Made by a program: the position numbers and the translations under genes. Source: a virus (taxonomy: Duplodnaviria; Caudoviricetes). Taken from it: a stretch of 57,177 nucleotides of DNA. The notes under the pieces were generated by a model. That model was not told the DNA's origin. It searched no databases and saw only the letters and a program-made list of their open reading frames with translations. The DNA is taken from IMG/VR virus record IMGVR_UViG_3300020442_001429, positions 1-57,177 of that record. The stretch is one strand, 5' to 3'. The first letter of the stretch is position 1, and each line of letters opens with the position of its first letter. Positions 56,860-57,177 of this stretch are shown here, one piece after another.

Positions 56860-57177
56860 GGTATTTAATCCCACACTAATAGAAATATATGATTTTATGA
56901 CACCAGAAGAATGTGCTCAAATGATTGAGGACATAAAACAATTTGGCACATTAAAAGATGCCGAGGTTGTAGATAGAAATCCAGAAACAGGTGATGACTC
57001 AGCTAGTAGAATAGATAAAGAGGCAAGGTCAAATAGTAATTGTTTTCTACCATATAAAGAAAGTTGGTGTGCCAGAGAGTTCCTAAGAAAGGCAAGTATG
57101 CTTACACAAATACATTGGAGCCAGGCAGAAAATATACAAGCAGTTCATTACAAAGAAGGAGAGTTTTATAAGGCACA
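56840..57177 (+). CDS. 2OG-Fe(II) oxygenase, prolyl-4-hydroxylase-like; 3'-truncated by the window (not in ORF track)
   Basis: MRAHVH...DFMTPEEC..MI...RSNS...ENIQAVHYKEGEFYKA, open to the window end where the first metal-binding His is expected. Confidence 0.75.
   Translation, partial: MRAHVHRVFNPTLIEIYDFMTPEECAQMIEDIKQFGTLKDAEVVDRNPETGDDSASRIDKEARSNSNCFLPYKESWCAREFLRKASMLTQIHWSQAENIQAVHYKEGEFYKA

Overview
57 kb from the core of an AT-rich T4-like myovirus genome, probably marine. There are no photosynthesis genes; proteobacterial-type IscU/IscA and a TonB-dependent receptor suggest a heterotrophic Gram-negative host (inference). In order, the window holds: (1) the end of a Y-x-G-x repeat protein and a glycosyltransferase/oxygenase operon; (2) an early-promoter island (HAD phosphatase, GT-A glycosyltransferase, HNH); (3) a minus-strand late operon of paralogous glycosyltransferases, followed by a glutamine (glnA-type) riboswitch controlling a YRG-repeat peptide; (4) a fibre cluster sharing N-terminal domains and C-terminal IDGGT(F/Y) tags; (5) the T4 morphogenesis block gp13-gp23 and gp3; (6) iscU/iscA, uvsY, uvsW and gp55; (7) a 7-deazaguanine DNA-modification cluster (queE, folE, queD, dpdA-like, DpdL-like, no queC) that also carries a phosphoribosyltransferase and a GT-B glycosyltransferase; (8) gp47/gp46, then glutaredoxin, SET, peptide deformylase, ClpP-like and TonB-dependent receptor genes; (9) a VWA/peptidase plus CobS-like AAA+ pair behind repeated early promoters; (10) gp45, gp44, gp62, regA, a radical SAM enzyme and a partial prolyl-hydroxylase-like gene. 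The best candidates for new biology are a possibly glycosylated 7-deazaguanine DNA modification, a late-expressed virion-glycosylation locus divergent from the fibre genes, and riboswitch-gated late expression. All calls come from motif recognition by eye; no database searches were run.
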